Below are positions 1 through 11,199 of a DNA stretch of 64,000 nucleotides, piece after piece. Location: positions 1,612,001 through 1,676,000 of the forward strand of contig JAYWIR010000027.1 in assembly GCA_036172245.1 (NCBI GenBank). The letters are read 5' to 3'. Source of the DNA: Raillietiella orientalis (taxonomy: Eukaryota). The translations under genes were made by a program, and so were the position numbers. The notes under the pieces are model-generated. The model was not told the DNA's origin. It did not search any database and was given only the letters and a program-made list of their open reading frames with translations. Each line of letters opens with the position of its first letter. Position 1 is the stretch's first letter.

Positions 1-329
1 ACTTAGAGGCGGGCTCCGGGGCGCCACCGAGGCGAGAAGATGCGCAGGAAGATCTCGGAACATCCGTACTTGCTACCTTCCACCCGCGTGCCTTCGCGTA
101 TCTCTCGGGGGGTCAGGGAGGAGCATCAAGAGAGGCCGGGAGCGAAGGGGACAGGGAGAAAAGGGGATGCCAAGACGCGGACCGCCGCGGATGGCATGCA
201 GCCATGTCCGACAGAGCACATAGTGCAAGAGAGAACCAGCAGGAAGCACTCAGCAAGATAAGAGGGAGGTCATTGTCTGAGACTGCGCCAACGAGAAAGG
301 TCAGTGTGCCGAAGACGCGTGCATCCCTA

Positions 330-1301
330 CACCGAGGTCACGGCTAGAGCCGCTGACCCCCAGTCCGCATGCGTAGATCCCGTCTGGAGGACGGGGAGCC
401 AGGGAACGGCCACTCGCCCTCCTGCCGTCCTCCACATGTCAGCACGAGGAGGAACTTCCGGTCTGCGCACGACCCAGGGGCCGCCGTCCGACCTCCTCCT
501 TTTGTAAGAGGCGCTTCCGGAACCGTCGGCCCGGTCACCCGGTGCGGGGTCGCACGCGCTCGCGAGCCGCCTCAGCAGAAGATGCCGCGGCGTGCGGCGT
601 GTCGGGGGCGTCTGCCGGGACGCACCATCCCAGCGACAGGCGCCTTTGGCACGGGAGTGTCCCTCGAGCGGAAGGAGACGGCCCAGGCGGAAGCGTCCTG
701 TCGTCCCGCGACGCGCCTCCGCCTTTGCCCGGTCGGGGTCGTGCCGCTGCCGCGCGCTGAGGGGGAGGCATCGCCCGGAAGCGCACCGGCGGCAGCGTTC
801 CCGGAGGAGAGGAGGAGGCGTCGCGCGCTCCCTCCCCACGCCCTCAGCCGGAAGCCCGGCAAAGGCCCGCCCGCGCGCGCGCGATCGCGGCGGACTCTTT
901 GTGGTCCCGCGTTCCCCTCCCGCGTATGCGGCGGCGGCGCCCAGCGTCCGACGCGGAAGGAACAACCCCCCGGACGCACCGGCTGAGGCCGAACGTTCTC
1001 CGAACGGGTGTGCACACCCCCACGCGGTTGGTAACACAGAGGGACGGTGCGCATGCGCCGTGAGTCAAGAGGGCGGACTTGTCGGCTCGACGGCCAGCGG
1101 AAGGACGCAGGTTCGAATGCCTGTTGGGAGCCGTTGGCTCCCTCCTCAGCGCGTCCGGAGGATGTCCCGGACGTTAAGAGCTCGTCGTGGGGACAGTAGC
1201 CCCCGGAGACGGAGAGGACCGAAGCTGGACGGACGTCGAGGAAAAGGGTGGAAGCTGTGGATAAATCCCCCTTCTCTCCCTGCCTGATGAAAAAAAAAAA
1301 A
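330..1301 (+). mobile_element. LINE-derived repeat, family A copy 1: decayed RT shadow, tRNA-like structured 3' module and A12 tail
   Basis: Near-identical copy at 34244-35082 and diverged copy at ~43050-43545. RT4-like 'TQGPPSDLLLL*EALPE' at ~470-520. B-box GGTTCGAATGCC at 1110-1121. A-run at 1290-1301. Confidence 0.6.
407..1245 (+). repeat. Near-identical direct repeat, block 1 (partner 34244-35082)
   Basis: Direct comparison; I saw one substitution (646) over ~840 bp. Confidence 0.97.
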
Positions 1302-1309
1302 GGAGGATG

Positions 1310-3330
1310 CTGAAAGCTGCGTGCTGGTGAGGGGTCCTACCATCCCGCTCTGGAGGGGGGAGGAGGAGGGGCGTCATTTGTGCCATGGTGACATACTTCG
1401 CCGAACACTCTCGGACCGAAACATGGGGCAGCGGTCTTCTCCCCCCTTCCACCCCCTCCGCCTCCCCACATCTCGGAACCTTAGCAACAGCTCTTCGGGT
1501 GCTTTCGCACGCGACCTTGGCCCTAGTCTTCCAGCAGGACAGGAGAGAGTTAACCCCTCCCGAAGGAACCGTGACATTCCGCCCGATACCCGCAGAGGAG
1601 ATAGCTGGCGACGTCCAAGTTCCGATGTGCATCGAAGGGAATTCGAGGAGGAGCGTTCCCTTTGGAGGTTTAGCGGGGCTGAAGCGGGAGAGTTCTCTTA
1701 AGCGATCTTCACCCTTTGGGCGGCTAAAAGTGAAAGCGCACAGGACCTCCGGGGCTGGGCATTGGGAGAGGCAGCCGCTCCCATCCTGGGCCTTGGAGTC
1801 TGCCAGTCTCGCCTTGGTTTCAGCCACGCGCAGGAGTCGTCCATATCCCCTCCCCCTGTTTACGCCCCTCCCCCGCTCGTCTTCCCTGGCTAGAAGGGAG
1901 CAGGTGCGTTCTTCGCCTTCCTACGAGGCGTCTGCTGGGAGATTTGCAGGTCGCGAGCGCTTTGCGGGAGGAGGTTTCGCCGGAGGCGCGGACGTTCCGC
2001 TGCCGTCACCATTCCCGGCGGTGGTTGTGGCGGTGACACTTTCGCTTTCAGCCGCACCCGCTGCGCCCCGCTCTTGTCATCCAAAGGCTGAGACGGGGGA
2101 AGGGACGTCACCCGCAGGTAGTTCGGAAAGACGCGAGCGAAAGAGAAAGTTCCGGAAGTCGCTGCTGGAGCTCGCTCGGGTCACGCCGGGAGGAACGCGA
2201 GCGCTGCGAAGGCAGAGGATGTCTCGAAGCGGCTGACTCCCGTTCCAAGAGTACGGGGAGGCATCTCAAGGTGCGAAGACCACCCCTGTGAGGCCAGTGC
2301 CCTCGCCTCGGCCAGAGGAACTTCCTTCCTGTGCAGGTTTCGCGCCCCGGCCTTCGGAGAGACCTCCCCCTGCTAGAAGAGCTGCAATGGGCTGCTGACC
2401 TCCGCTGCCAGGCCGGTGGTCATCAGCTCACCTTCTCACAGTTCGGCATGATGAGTCCTTGCGCAGCTGCCGGGTCTCTCCCGTCGTCACCGACTCCCCG
2501 CCTCCTCCTTTTCCCTCGAGCCACATTTGCTGACGTATCCCGCTATCGGGATCAGTCACGCAGGCTGGTCCTGGTCCTCTTCTCCTTCTCTGCCGGGCTC
2601 AGAGCCACTGGAGAGGATGCCGTTTCCGAGCTTGACTTTCGATGGCTTCCGCTCGCGTGAAACAACTCAGCGGATGTCCTTCCCGGAGGAGCGTTTTGCT
2701 CCTTCCCACCCGCAAATGGTCTGCAGTTCCCGTAGCAGCACCGGATGCCTCCGGTGTTCGCGAGGAGCTCTCGCGAGGTCCCGAGGAACATCCGCCGCGC
2801 ATCGCGGCGGTGCGGCGGAAGGTTTCCCGGGGACGCACCTGCCCTGACCGTGCCCTCTCTGTGTGCTGCTTCTCCCTTTCTTCCTGGGCAACTGCCCTAA
2901 TGCTCTGACCCGTCGACAGGGAGAAACGGCGTGCTCGCTCTGTCGGGCTGGAGTCTGGAGGTCCCGCTTCCTCTCCGGAAGCCGATCCTGCCCAGGACGC
3001 CGGGGAATGCGACTGTGGGTGACTGCAGGGCAGCGCAAGAAGTCCCGCTCGGATCGGGACGGGCAGGGTTCACCCGTTGACCCGGGCGTGGCGGCGGTTC
3101 CAGGGTAGGATGTGCGTGCCCCGTCCGTCACCCGAGGCCCTGAGGAGCCAATTTTCCAGGGGAAGCCTCTCTAGAGTGGTACTGACTGACGGCTGCCGAT
3201 CGATCCCGAAATCCGAGGCGTCGGACCCTCCTTGCTCCCAACTCCTGCAAGCGGGAGGGGGAAGAAGGGGGAGGGGACCGTTTCATCCTGGGTTTATCAA
3301 AGTTAAATGGGAATCTCCGCCTTGATCGGC
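1310..3330 (-). mobile_element. Decayed I/Jockey-type LINE 5' half (gag-like ORF1 plus APE endonuclease)
   Basis: APE shadows in ORF 1174..1827: 'RVAETKARL' (ETK), 'IGTWTSP' (Y.sP), 'SGGVNSLLSCW' (GDFN...W). Degenerate zinc-knuckle-like text at ~2800-2920. Confidence 0.35.
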
Positions 3331-3784
3331 TGGGAGTGCGTCGTCGCCTTCATCTCCAGACCGTCCCCCCGCTGTTAGGAAACTTTCGTCGAGACGGAAG
3401 CACATTCCCATCCCTTCTTTTCGGAAGATGCGGGGCGCACCGAGGCTTTCGTTTTCTTTTGTTTTGTTATCACCCTTTATTCCCTCCCCCCTTTCTTCGT
3501 TCCCCTTTCCCTCTCTTTAACTTCCGTGATGAGATCCGCGGTTCCTTTTCTCCTGCCCAGGCGAAGAGGCCACCTCGCCGTCGCGGCTGCGCTTTCCGGC
3601 GACGCTGTCTTCGGAACCACGGCGGAGCTGAGGCACGCTCACTGACAACGGCAAAGGTCGGTCTCTCCCCTCCACGGCCCTCGCTCGGCAGCCGCATCCC
3701 GCCGGCGGCGAGGAGACGGTGCGGTTTCGCAGCAGCCGCGGGGACGATCCTCTGCGTCCCGGGCGGTCCGTCCCGCGGTCGGCG

Positions 3785-5640
3785 CTGCCACCCGGTCCCT
3801 CCGGAACGTTCATTAATCAAAGAAAACTCGCAACTATCGTGGGGGTGGTGTACGAAGCTTCACCACAGCCAGTTCTATCGCAGACCTGCTGGGTCGCCGG
3901 TAGCAGACCAGCGGGGATCACCTCAGCAGCGGAGGAGGAAGGGAGAAAACGAAAATAGAGATAAAAAAATGAATAATAAATAAAAATAAATAAGAACATT
4001 CTGGTGGGTCGGGAAGGGACCAATGTCTGCTGGCAGGAGTCTGCCTCCTTTCCAGGATGCCAGCTTGGGATCGTCTGACCGCCATCCGCCGGAAGCGAAC
4101 GGCGAGCAGGTGGCGGCCCTCTCTTCTGGTTCCCTGCCGACTTCGCTCCGGGCCACCACAATCCTGCAAAGAGTTGCTGGTACTGCTGCGGCTAGCGGAA
4201 GGGCATCACGCACGAAGAGGAGCTGTGAAACATCTTTGGGGTTGCCAATCGGAATCCGGAGGGCCGTCCCAAAACCCGTTTCCTTAGGGGCTGGAGGGCA
4301 ATACGGTCCACGCGCAGGTGCGGGAGGGGGGATTCCCATTCCCCGCACCTGCGACGGTACGGACGCCCTTCCCAGAGTCCAGTGGTGTCAGCGGGGGTTG
4401 CAAGGGAGACGCCAGTGCAGCAGCAGAAGTGTCGACCCCTGGCGCTTCAGGGGGAGGGTGATTGTATTCTTGAGCGCTGGGGGCCACTGCAGGTCTTCCC
4501 GTAGAACACCGAGCAGCTCGCTCCAGAGGCATACAAGCTCGCGTGAAAGGGCGCTTGGGATCGCAACGTCAGCTGCCCCGTGGTCCAACCACTCATTTCC
4601 TCTTTCCTTCTTTCCAAAGTGAACGCTTGAGGGGACGTGCGAACGAGTTCTCGGATGGCCTTGCGTATTGCGGAGCTCGGGGCGACCGACATCAAAAAAT
4701 CTTGAATTCCCGGAGGAAGAAGAAACGCCCTTCCGGTCAGCGAGACGTCAGTGATCGTTCCTCTGATCTCCCGAAGAATCGCACTGCTGCCCTCTCCGCT
4801 CCCTGCGTGAGAATGGGACGGAGGAAGCCGCGTTTATGAGGCCAGTCGCAGTTTCCTAGAATCCTTCCAGTTCCTTGCATTTCCTCACTCAGCCCTGGGA
4901 AGGGGTTGAACGGGACGAAGCCAGCGGCCCCAAAATAGACTTGGAGATGACCGTCAGGGGGAAGCAAAGGTTTCGTGAAAACGCGTGTTCCGAGATCATC
5001 TGCGTGAAGCATCATCTGCAGAGATTCTCGAAACACGGAGCGACCGAAGTCTCGGGGAGCGTCGGCCGGTCCGAGAGGCGCGACCGCCGCGGAATCGCAT
5101 AAGCCGAGGGAGTTCCCGTCCGCTGATCCCTTCCGCTCCTTCGAGCGCCGTGCGTCGGCGACGACTCTCAGCTTTCCGTGAGCTCGTAACGTTCGGTTTC
5201 TTCGTCGTCCCGCAACCAGTCCGCCTCTTCCGAAAGGCACGTTGGTTCCCTCGAGATGCTGCGACCTGCAGGACGATTCTTCCACCTCTTCCCGCCCTTC
5301 GAGAGGATTCCTCACTGGCCTCGTGGCTCTCGAAACAGCAGTAGCAGCACACGTGCCCGAGTGCGAGGAACGACCTCAAGTGAGGATCTCGCCTTGACCT
5401 CGTTCGGACCGCTCGAGTGGAGGTGGGGACGCCGTGAGGACGCCGCCCTCCCTGCTGCCACCATTTTCGCCCCCGCAGGAGCCTTTTCACCTCCCTTTCC
5501 CAGAGGGAACAATCGCGGGGGCATCCCGCGAATCCACCACGTTTCGTTTACAGGGCTGCATCTCCATCCATCTGGTAATGCTCGCGGTCTTGCTCATGGG
5601 GTGGTCCAGCTGCTAACGTGTGCTACGTAGGACCGGTGCC
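3785..5640 (-). mobile_element. L1/Tx1-like family B: decayed ORF2 (RT core, C-terminus) and 3' UTR
   Basis: 'MMLHADDLG' (RT motif 5) at ~4989-5015, then 'GRILG'. C-terminal 'LFVRDAL' and the 3' UTR align with the copies at 6.1, 59 and 61.5 kb. Confidence 0.75.
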
Positions 5641-7420
5641 TCTTTCTTACCACCGCGACGACCTCCAGAAGACTCGGGAAGCGGCGTCAAAGAGGCGAAT
5701 CCGGACCCGGAGAAGTCCGCCCGGAGCTGCTTGCGTTCTTGCGGGCGTTATTTTCACCTGTGCCTCCCGCAGTGCCACTTGCCGTGGCGTGACGTGTCCG
5801 GGAGCGATTACTCCTTCCCGCAGGAGGCGTAGCGTGCGACCAGGATTCCGATGTCTTTTCCCGAGCTCCAGAAGGATCAACATCCGCGGAAGCGCCAGCC
5901 TCGGGAGGAGCACCGGCGTCCTCAGCGGCCGCACGAGCTCAGTGGAACTCACAGAATCCGGACTCTCAGGAGCGGCACCAGCAGCATCACCTATGAGATC
6001 CTCACAGGCTTCCGAGCGGGAACACCAGCACCGGAAACATCATCTCTGGAGGCAGGGAGACCAGAAGTGGAACCGCCAGCAGGGTGAGCAGGAACAGCAG
6101 GTTTAACAACCGAGCGAGCTGGGTCGTTTATTTTTAAACTAAACAAACATGTGTAGGGCCATCGGTCCTACAAAAGAGTTCCTACAAAAGGTTCGAAAGA
6201 GTTCGGAACTTGCCGAGTAACCGGCAAGCAGGCCGTCGAGGTTCACCTCGAAGCGGAGGGGGAGGAGACGAACAAAAACCAAAATAAAAACAAAAACACT
6301 ATTTACAAAAAAAATGGGAGTCTTAGGGAAGGGATCACTGTCCGTCTGAGGGCATCATCTCATCCTTTTCAGGATGCCGGCAAGTTCCATCCGAGTATGC
6401 CCCAGGTGGGACCATCTTGCTGACGTCCGCAGGAAGCGCAGAGCGAAGCTGAAGGCGTCCCTGCCGCTCCGTCCTCCTCCACTGGCGTCGCTCCAGGCCG
6501 ATACAATCCCGCGTAGACAGAACAAAGCTGCTAGAACTACAACAGACGAAAGAGCATCGCGCACGAAGAGTCGCTTGAACGCTCTCTAAGGTGGTCTCTT
6601 TGTGCACCTAGGGCCGTTGCGAAACGCAACCACAGGGGTCGGAGGGCAACACAGTCAATAAGCAGGTGCGGGAGGGATTCCCGTTCGCTGCATCTAGGAA
6701 CAGCGAGGTGGAACCGCCAGCAGGGTCAGCAGGAACGGAGTTGACAGAAGTGTCGGCCATCCTGCGCCGCGGCCATGACCTGCTGGTCTTCTCTCCAAGA
6801 GGCCCCAGAAAGGAGCTGGAATCTCTTCTGGCTTCATTTTCTCCAAAAGCGTCTTTCTCGACTTCCTGCAACTTCGAGAGGGGAGGCGGCGGCAGACGGA
6901 AAGCGAAAGTCACAGGCGGTGGCAGTAGGGTGGTTGCCAGTCGACCTCGGAAACGGGGGCATCACACTGACGTATCACGCTCCTCGCAATCGACACGCAC
7001 AAGCGGGGTCGCCACTTGACATGTGCGAAGCGAACAGATGCCCGAAGGGCCTGTTATCGATGGTCTCCAGGCGGATGCAAAAAGTACGTCATGGTGTCCA
7101 GTTGCCCTGAATTCAGACTATGTCCCATGTACAAACAAACCTGCCTTTGAGGTGCCCTCCATTAGTGCTGATTACTCATCACTTCAGTGCAGCATCACTG
7201 CCTCTGGACCAGCGTGCGCACTCGGGAGGTCTCTGCATCCCTTGCGGCATAGACAGAACCGGCTATAAACAATCGCCGTCGACCAGGCGCTGACTTTGGA
7301 CTTGCGCGCGCCCACCTGGTCTACCGGACCATCCACACCTGTAAGGGAATGCGAACGGAGGCTCTCGGCATCTACTTGGATGGAGCCTGAGGCGCCTGGC
7401 GAGGGAAGGACGTAGCGCGA
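5640..7420 (-). mobile_element. Probable ORF1 relic of the L1/Tx1-like element, interrupted by a nested insertion
   Basis: 'DWQPPYCHRL' at ~6915-6945 resembles Tx1 ORF1 Y.gQP..C..C. Followed by a 36-bp tandem dimer encoding VPA(D/H)PAGGSTS. Lies upstream of and co-oriented with ORF2. Confidence 0.3.
6101..6695 (-). mobile_element. 5'-truncated family B L1-like insertion with ~11-bp target-site duplication
   Basis: Aligns with 61498-62070 ('LRFLRT.ARW.HLGHTRMELAGIL'). Flanked by AGGAACAGCAG (6090-6100) and AGGAACAGCGAG (6696-6707). Confidence 0.8.
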
Positions 7421-7449
7421 TGCCATCCGGGTCCAGGCGCGATGCCTCC

Positions 7450-9110
7450 ACTAGGACGCATCATGGATCCGCAAAAAAACCTCGGGGCTCCAAAGAGCAG
7501 GGACGGAGCACGGGACGGAATGCGCCAGCACCCATCGGCGCCTGCGGCTCGCGACTGTCGCGAGGGAGGTTCCAACCAGGACCGGGTCTCAGAATGGCTC
7601 CCAACGTCTGTTCCCGTGCGCGGCAGCGGGAACCAACAGCGTGCTCCTCAGAGCCGGACGTAGGAGAGATCGTGCGGCCAAGCCAACAACGGGCGCTCTG
7701 ACACCGAACCAAAGAGCAGCCACAGGTGGCCTCGTTTCGAGCCAGCCGCTTGCAGGCGGCCAGCGCGCGGCTTCTTCCTCCAGACCGAGGGACGAGACGC
7801 CAGTCCCAGCGCCGGAAGAAGGGAGGTGGAGGGAGGGGAGGAGCGGGAAGTGCCTGGGAGCGCCTCCCTCGTTCCCATCCGACGATGTACCGACCCCAGC
7901 GAGGGCGCTCCCAGTGGCGGCTGCAAACACCACAGGCGAGGAGGCCGAAGACCCACCCCGTTCCCATCCTCCGCCATGAGCGTCCTCAGGAGCGGATCCG
8001 TGCCACAAAACTCGGGAGAATCCAACCCGCCCACTTGCAACCTGGTTGCGGCGTGCGGGTGGCAGGCGTTGCTCCCCACTCCGGATCGCACCCCCAGGGC
8101 TCCCAAACCCACCCGAAAGCCGACCACCGCTCCTGTGCGAAGGGCGGCGTTTCCACCCTTTCCGCTCCAGTGCAGGCGGACAACCTGCTGCTCCCGCTCC
8201 CGCTCGCCGCTAGAGGAGCACGCGTCAGGGAGCGGAAGACGTAGCCTCCCGGCAGAGGACGCGGGCGATATTCCGCAACCTCCGCAGAGCGAGTCACCCC
8301 TCCCCCCCCCTTCCATCCGGAAGACGCGGCGCAGAGCGCATTCGAGGGAAGCCCTGGGCAACTCTGCCGAAACCGGGATGGCAGCGCTTCGGGAGGCGCC
8401 GAGGCAGCGGGGCAACGGGAAGCGGCGATCGCAGGGATCGCAGCCTCGCGAGGAGTTGCGCGCGCAACGGCAGGTCCGTCGAAGCGACTGTCCCCAGAGG
8501 GGGAGGGGCGCACCACGGGCGCATCCGGGATCCAAGGACCCAGCGGATGGACCTGGTCGAGTCGGGGCTCGAGGATGGGTGCGCCAGCGCCGCAGGAAGA
8601 ACTGGGAGGCTTGCCCCGAGCAAGAGCAGCGACGGCGGCGGAGGTGCCCCTCTTCCGCTCTCCTTGCCTGCAGCCGGGTTCTTCTCCAGGCTCCCGGCGC
8701 CAGCAGCCGTTCGCTCCCACACACGGATTCGGGCACCCCGCGAGTCCGAGGACGCCTCAGGTGATCTCTCCGCCTCAGGCATTGCAGGGGCCGACAGATC
8801 CCTCGACGACAGCTGCGAGACGAGGAGGTGGTCAGGTCCTGAATGACTCATGTGGAGCGAGTCATAGACTGCGAGACGAGGAGCTGGGTCGGGTCGGCGC
8901 CACCGCTCCCTGTTCCCTAGCGACGGGACTCCTCCGGAAGGGCGACCTGCCCCGAAGGATTCTCGCGCCCCTCTCCTCCCCCTCGTGTGCGGACGCTTCC
9001 GCGTTCCGGCTGAAGAGGAAACCGCAGCTGGCGATCCCCGGTGCCGCACCTGCACCAGGGATCGCCAGCGCCGACCTGCGCAGGCCACCCGCTGTCCGGG
9101 GGGGTTGACT
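7450..9110 (+). mobile_element. Decayed CRE-like non-LTR element, N-terminus and RT domains 0-1
   Basis: C2H2-like 'QCRRTTCCSRSRSPLEEH'; 'WSGPE*L' (GPDGL); 'LLRKGDLPRRILAPL...LKRKPQLAIPG' (CRE RT1-like). Confidence 0.35.
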
Positions 9111-10299
9111 CCCCGAGCCGATCCACAGAAATACGTGTATTCAATTAAGGATTTAATTGTGCGACGGGATCGCTCCCGCTTGACTGCTGCGCCCTCGCGG
9201 ACACGTGGAGGGGACCGGTCTCGGAGTGGCGCCACCCGGAGGACAGTGCCAAGTACTTGTCTGCGGGGCGCGGTGATCGCATCGATCTGTCGCCGCCGTC
9301 CCGGCCCATGGTGACGCCCTCGCTCGCAGCGAGGGTCTAAAGGGGGTTCCAATAAGGGGAGGATATAAGGTTCATCCTGCTCTTGGTCCTGTTGAGTACA
9401 AGATACCGAGGAACAGTATGGAGAAGGATGGGGTCAAAATCTGAAGTTCTTGAGTCGTGGGAATGCTCTGTCGGCGGCCGCCTCGCCCCGCGATGAGGAC
9501 GGCTGCGAAGGGATGGGCTCTCTGGCGAGAAGGAGAAGTCGCCAGGGAGGCCGCCCCCAGCATTCAGAGCCAGCTGCGGCAGGGAAGGAGAAACCGGAGC
9601 CAAAGTCCCTCCTTCTTTAATTCATTTCTTTGTTTCTCGTCCCCTCTCCCTCCCTCCCTCCCGACTCCCTCCGAAGCCGGTGGGCGAGCTGGTCGTATCG
9701 CCCCCATTCACCCCCTCCCCTTTTTCTTTTTTTTGCCATTTTTTTCATTTTGAGCCGGACGACCAGGCGTGACCCGGTGGAAAAGAAACCGGGGCCCACG
9801 CGGGTCAGCACTTCCGCAGTGCGGCCATCCTGCGCGTCCGCTCCTCAGGGAGCTGCAGTCCTCCGCTCCTCCGGTGGTTCCTCTTCCGCTCCCTCTCTTC
9901 GGGCGGTGCACCCGCCCCCGCTTTCCCAGCTGAGGTCGCCTTCCTCGGGTGGTGCGCGTTCTCCTTGACGCGCCCCGGGAGCATCGTCTCGCTCGGACGC
10001 TCGAGCGATCCCGGAGGACGCTCCGCGGCTGCTGCTCCTCCTTCTTCTCCGAGACCGCCTTCGGACGCGATCCCACGTCGGTTCCAGGCTGCCGGAGGGC
10101 ACCGCATCACCATTCTGAGTTGCTCGGAGATGCTCCTCAGTTCCCTCTTCCTTGACAGATGAGGGGATAAAGAAGGAGGGGGTCTCAGTCGAGTCCAGGA
10201 ATTCCTCCCGGTCGCTCTTCGTGACGACGAACGCGTCCTGCGCTGACTGAAGGGAGAGGGGGGGACGTCGCGCGCCGTGGGGACCAAGCGGCCCCTCTG

Positions 10300-11100
10300 C
10301 GGGCACAGGGAGCGGACGCTCTTTGCCCGAGGTGAGTGCCGATTGTCCTGGAAGCGGCCCGCGAGCTGCCACTCTTCTTGACCGGTCAACCGAGAGCGTC
10401 TCCCGTCGGTGCGCTTCGAGTCCATGAGAGCCCGGCGGGCGGTGCGACTGCGCAGTCGGGTTCCCGCCGTGGTCACGTATCTGAGCGATTCTCCCTCGAG
10501 ACGGACGAGCGTTCCCGGAATTGGGGTGCCGCGGAATCCTTGCGTCGTCTCGCCACTCCTCCTACCTCGCCCGGAACTTCCGCGGACGCGTCCTGCAAGG
10601 TGCTCCTAAGATCATCCGAAGGGGCGAAACGGGATACCGCTAACTTGGTCCTCCAGACACAACCACTGGAAGACATGTACGTGAGAAGGATGGAGGAATC
10701 TTTTTCGGTGCTTCCTGCCTCCCAGAGTGAGGTGCGGATGCTGCTGGGGGTTCGGTAGTCATCCGTAGGCAACGTCCCCCTATGCACTTGCAGGCTGAGA
10801 GAATTCATGTTTTCCGGTTCCGCAGCACTGCTGAAGCCCTCGAAATTCCTATAGGAGGAGGGTCGTTCAGCAACGAGCGTTCGGAAGGAGTTGTCCTGCA
10901 CGCCAAGGTGGCCGATGACCTTTCCGGACGGGTTGGGACCTACGGTCTTCTTCTCGGCTCTGGAGACTCTTCTCTGCTCTCTCTCTGTTAGGCTGCTGAA
11001 GCTTCAGTTTGGTTGCCGTTCGGGTGTTGGCAGACGCCTTCCGGCTATTCCACGGAGTGGTCCCGCGCCCAGTCGTTCGGATGGTGTCTTAGTCGTGTAG
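10300..11100 (-). mobile_element. Decayed L1-like C-terminal zinc-binding (zf-RVT) fragment
   Basis: 'VHRGTLPT...EKDSSILLTY...CVWR' in ORF 10473..10901 resembles H..LPT / E..Hll..C...vW. Confidence 0.35.
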
Positions 11101-11199
11101 TCCGGAACGCTTCCCTACTTTGTCTTTGCTGACACGGGGTCACTTTTACTGCTTAATGGAAGCAAACCTGCACAGATGACCGATGTGTGACCGATGACC

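Noticed and set aside
1283..1301. Hammerhead core CTGATGA (also 52567, and CTGACGA at 51722)
   Set aside because: No stem II followed by GAAA and no closing stems.
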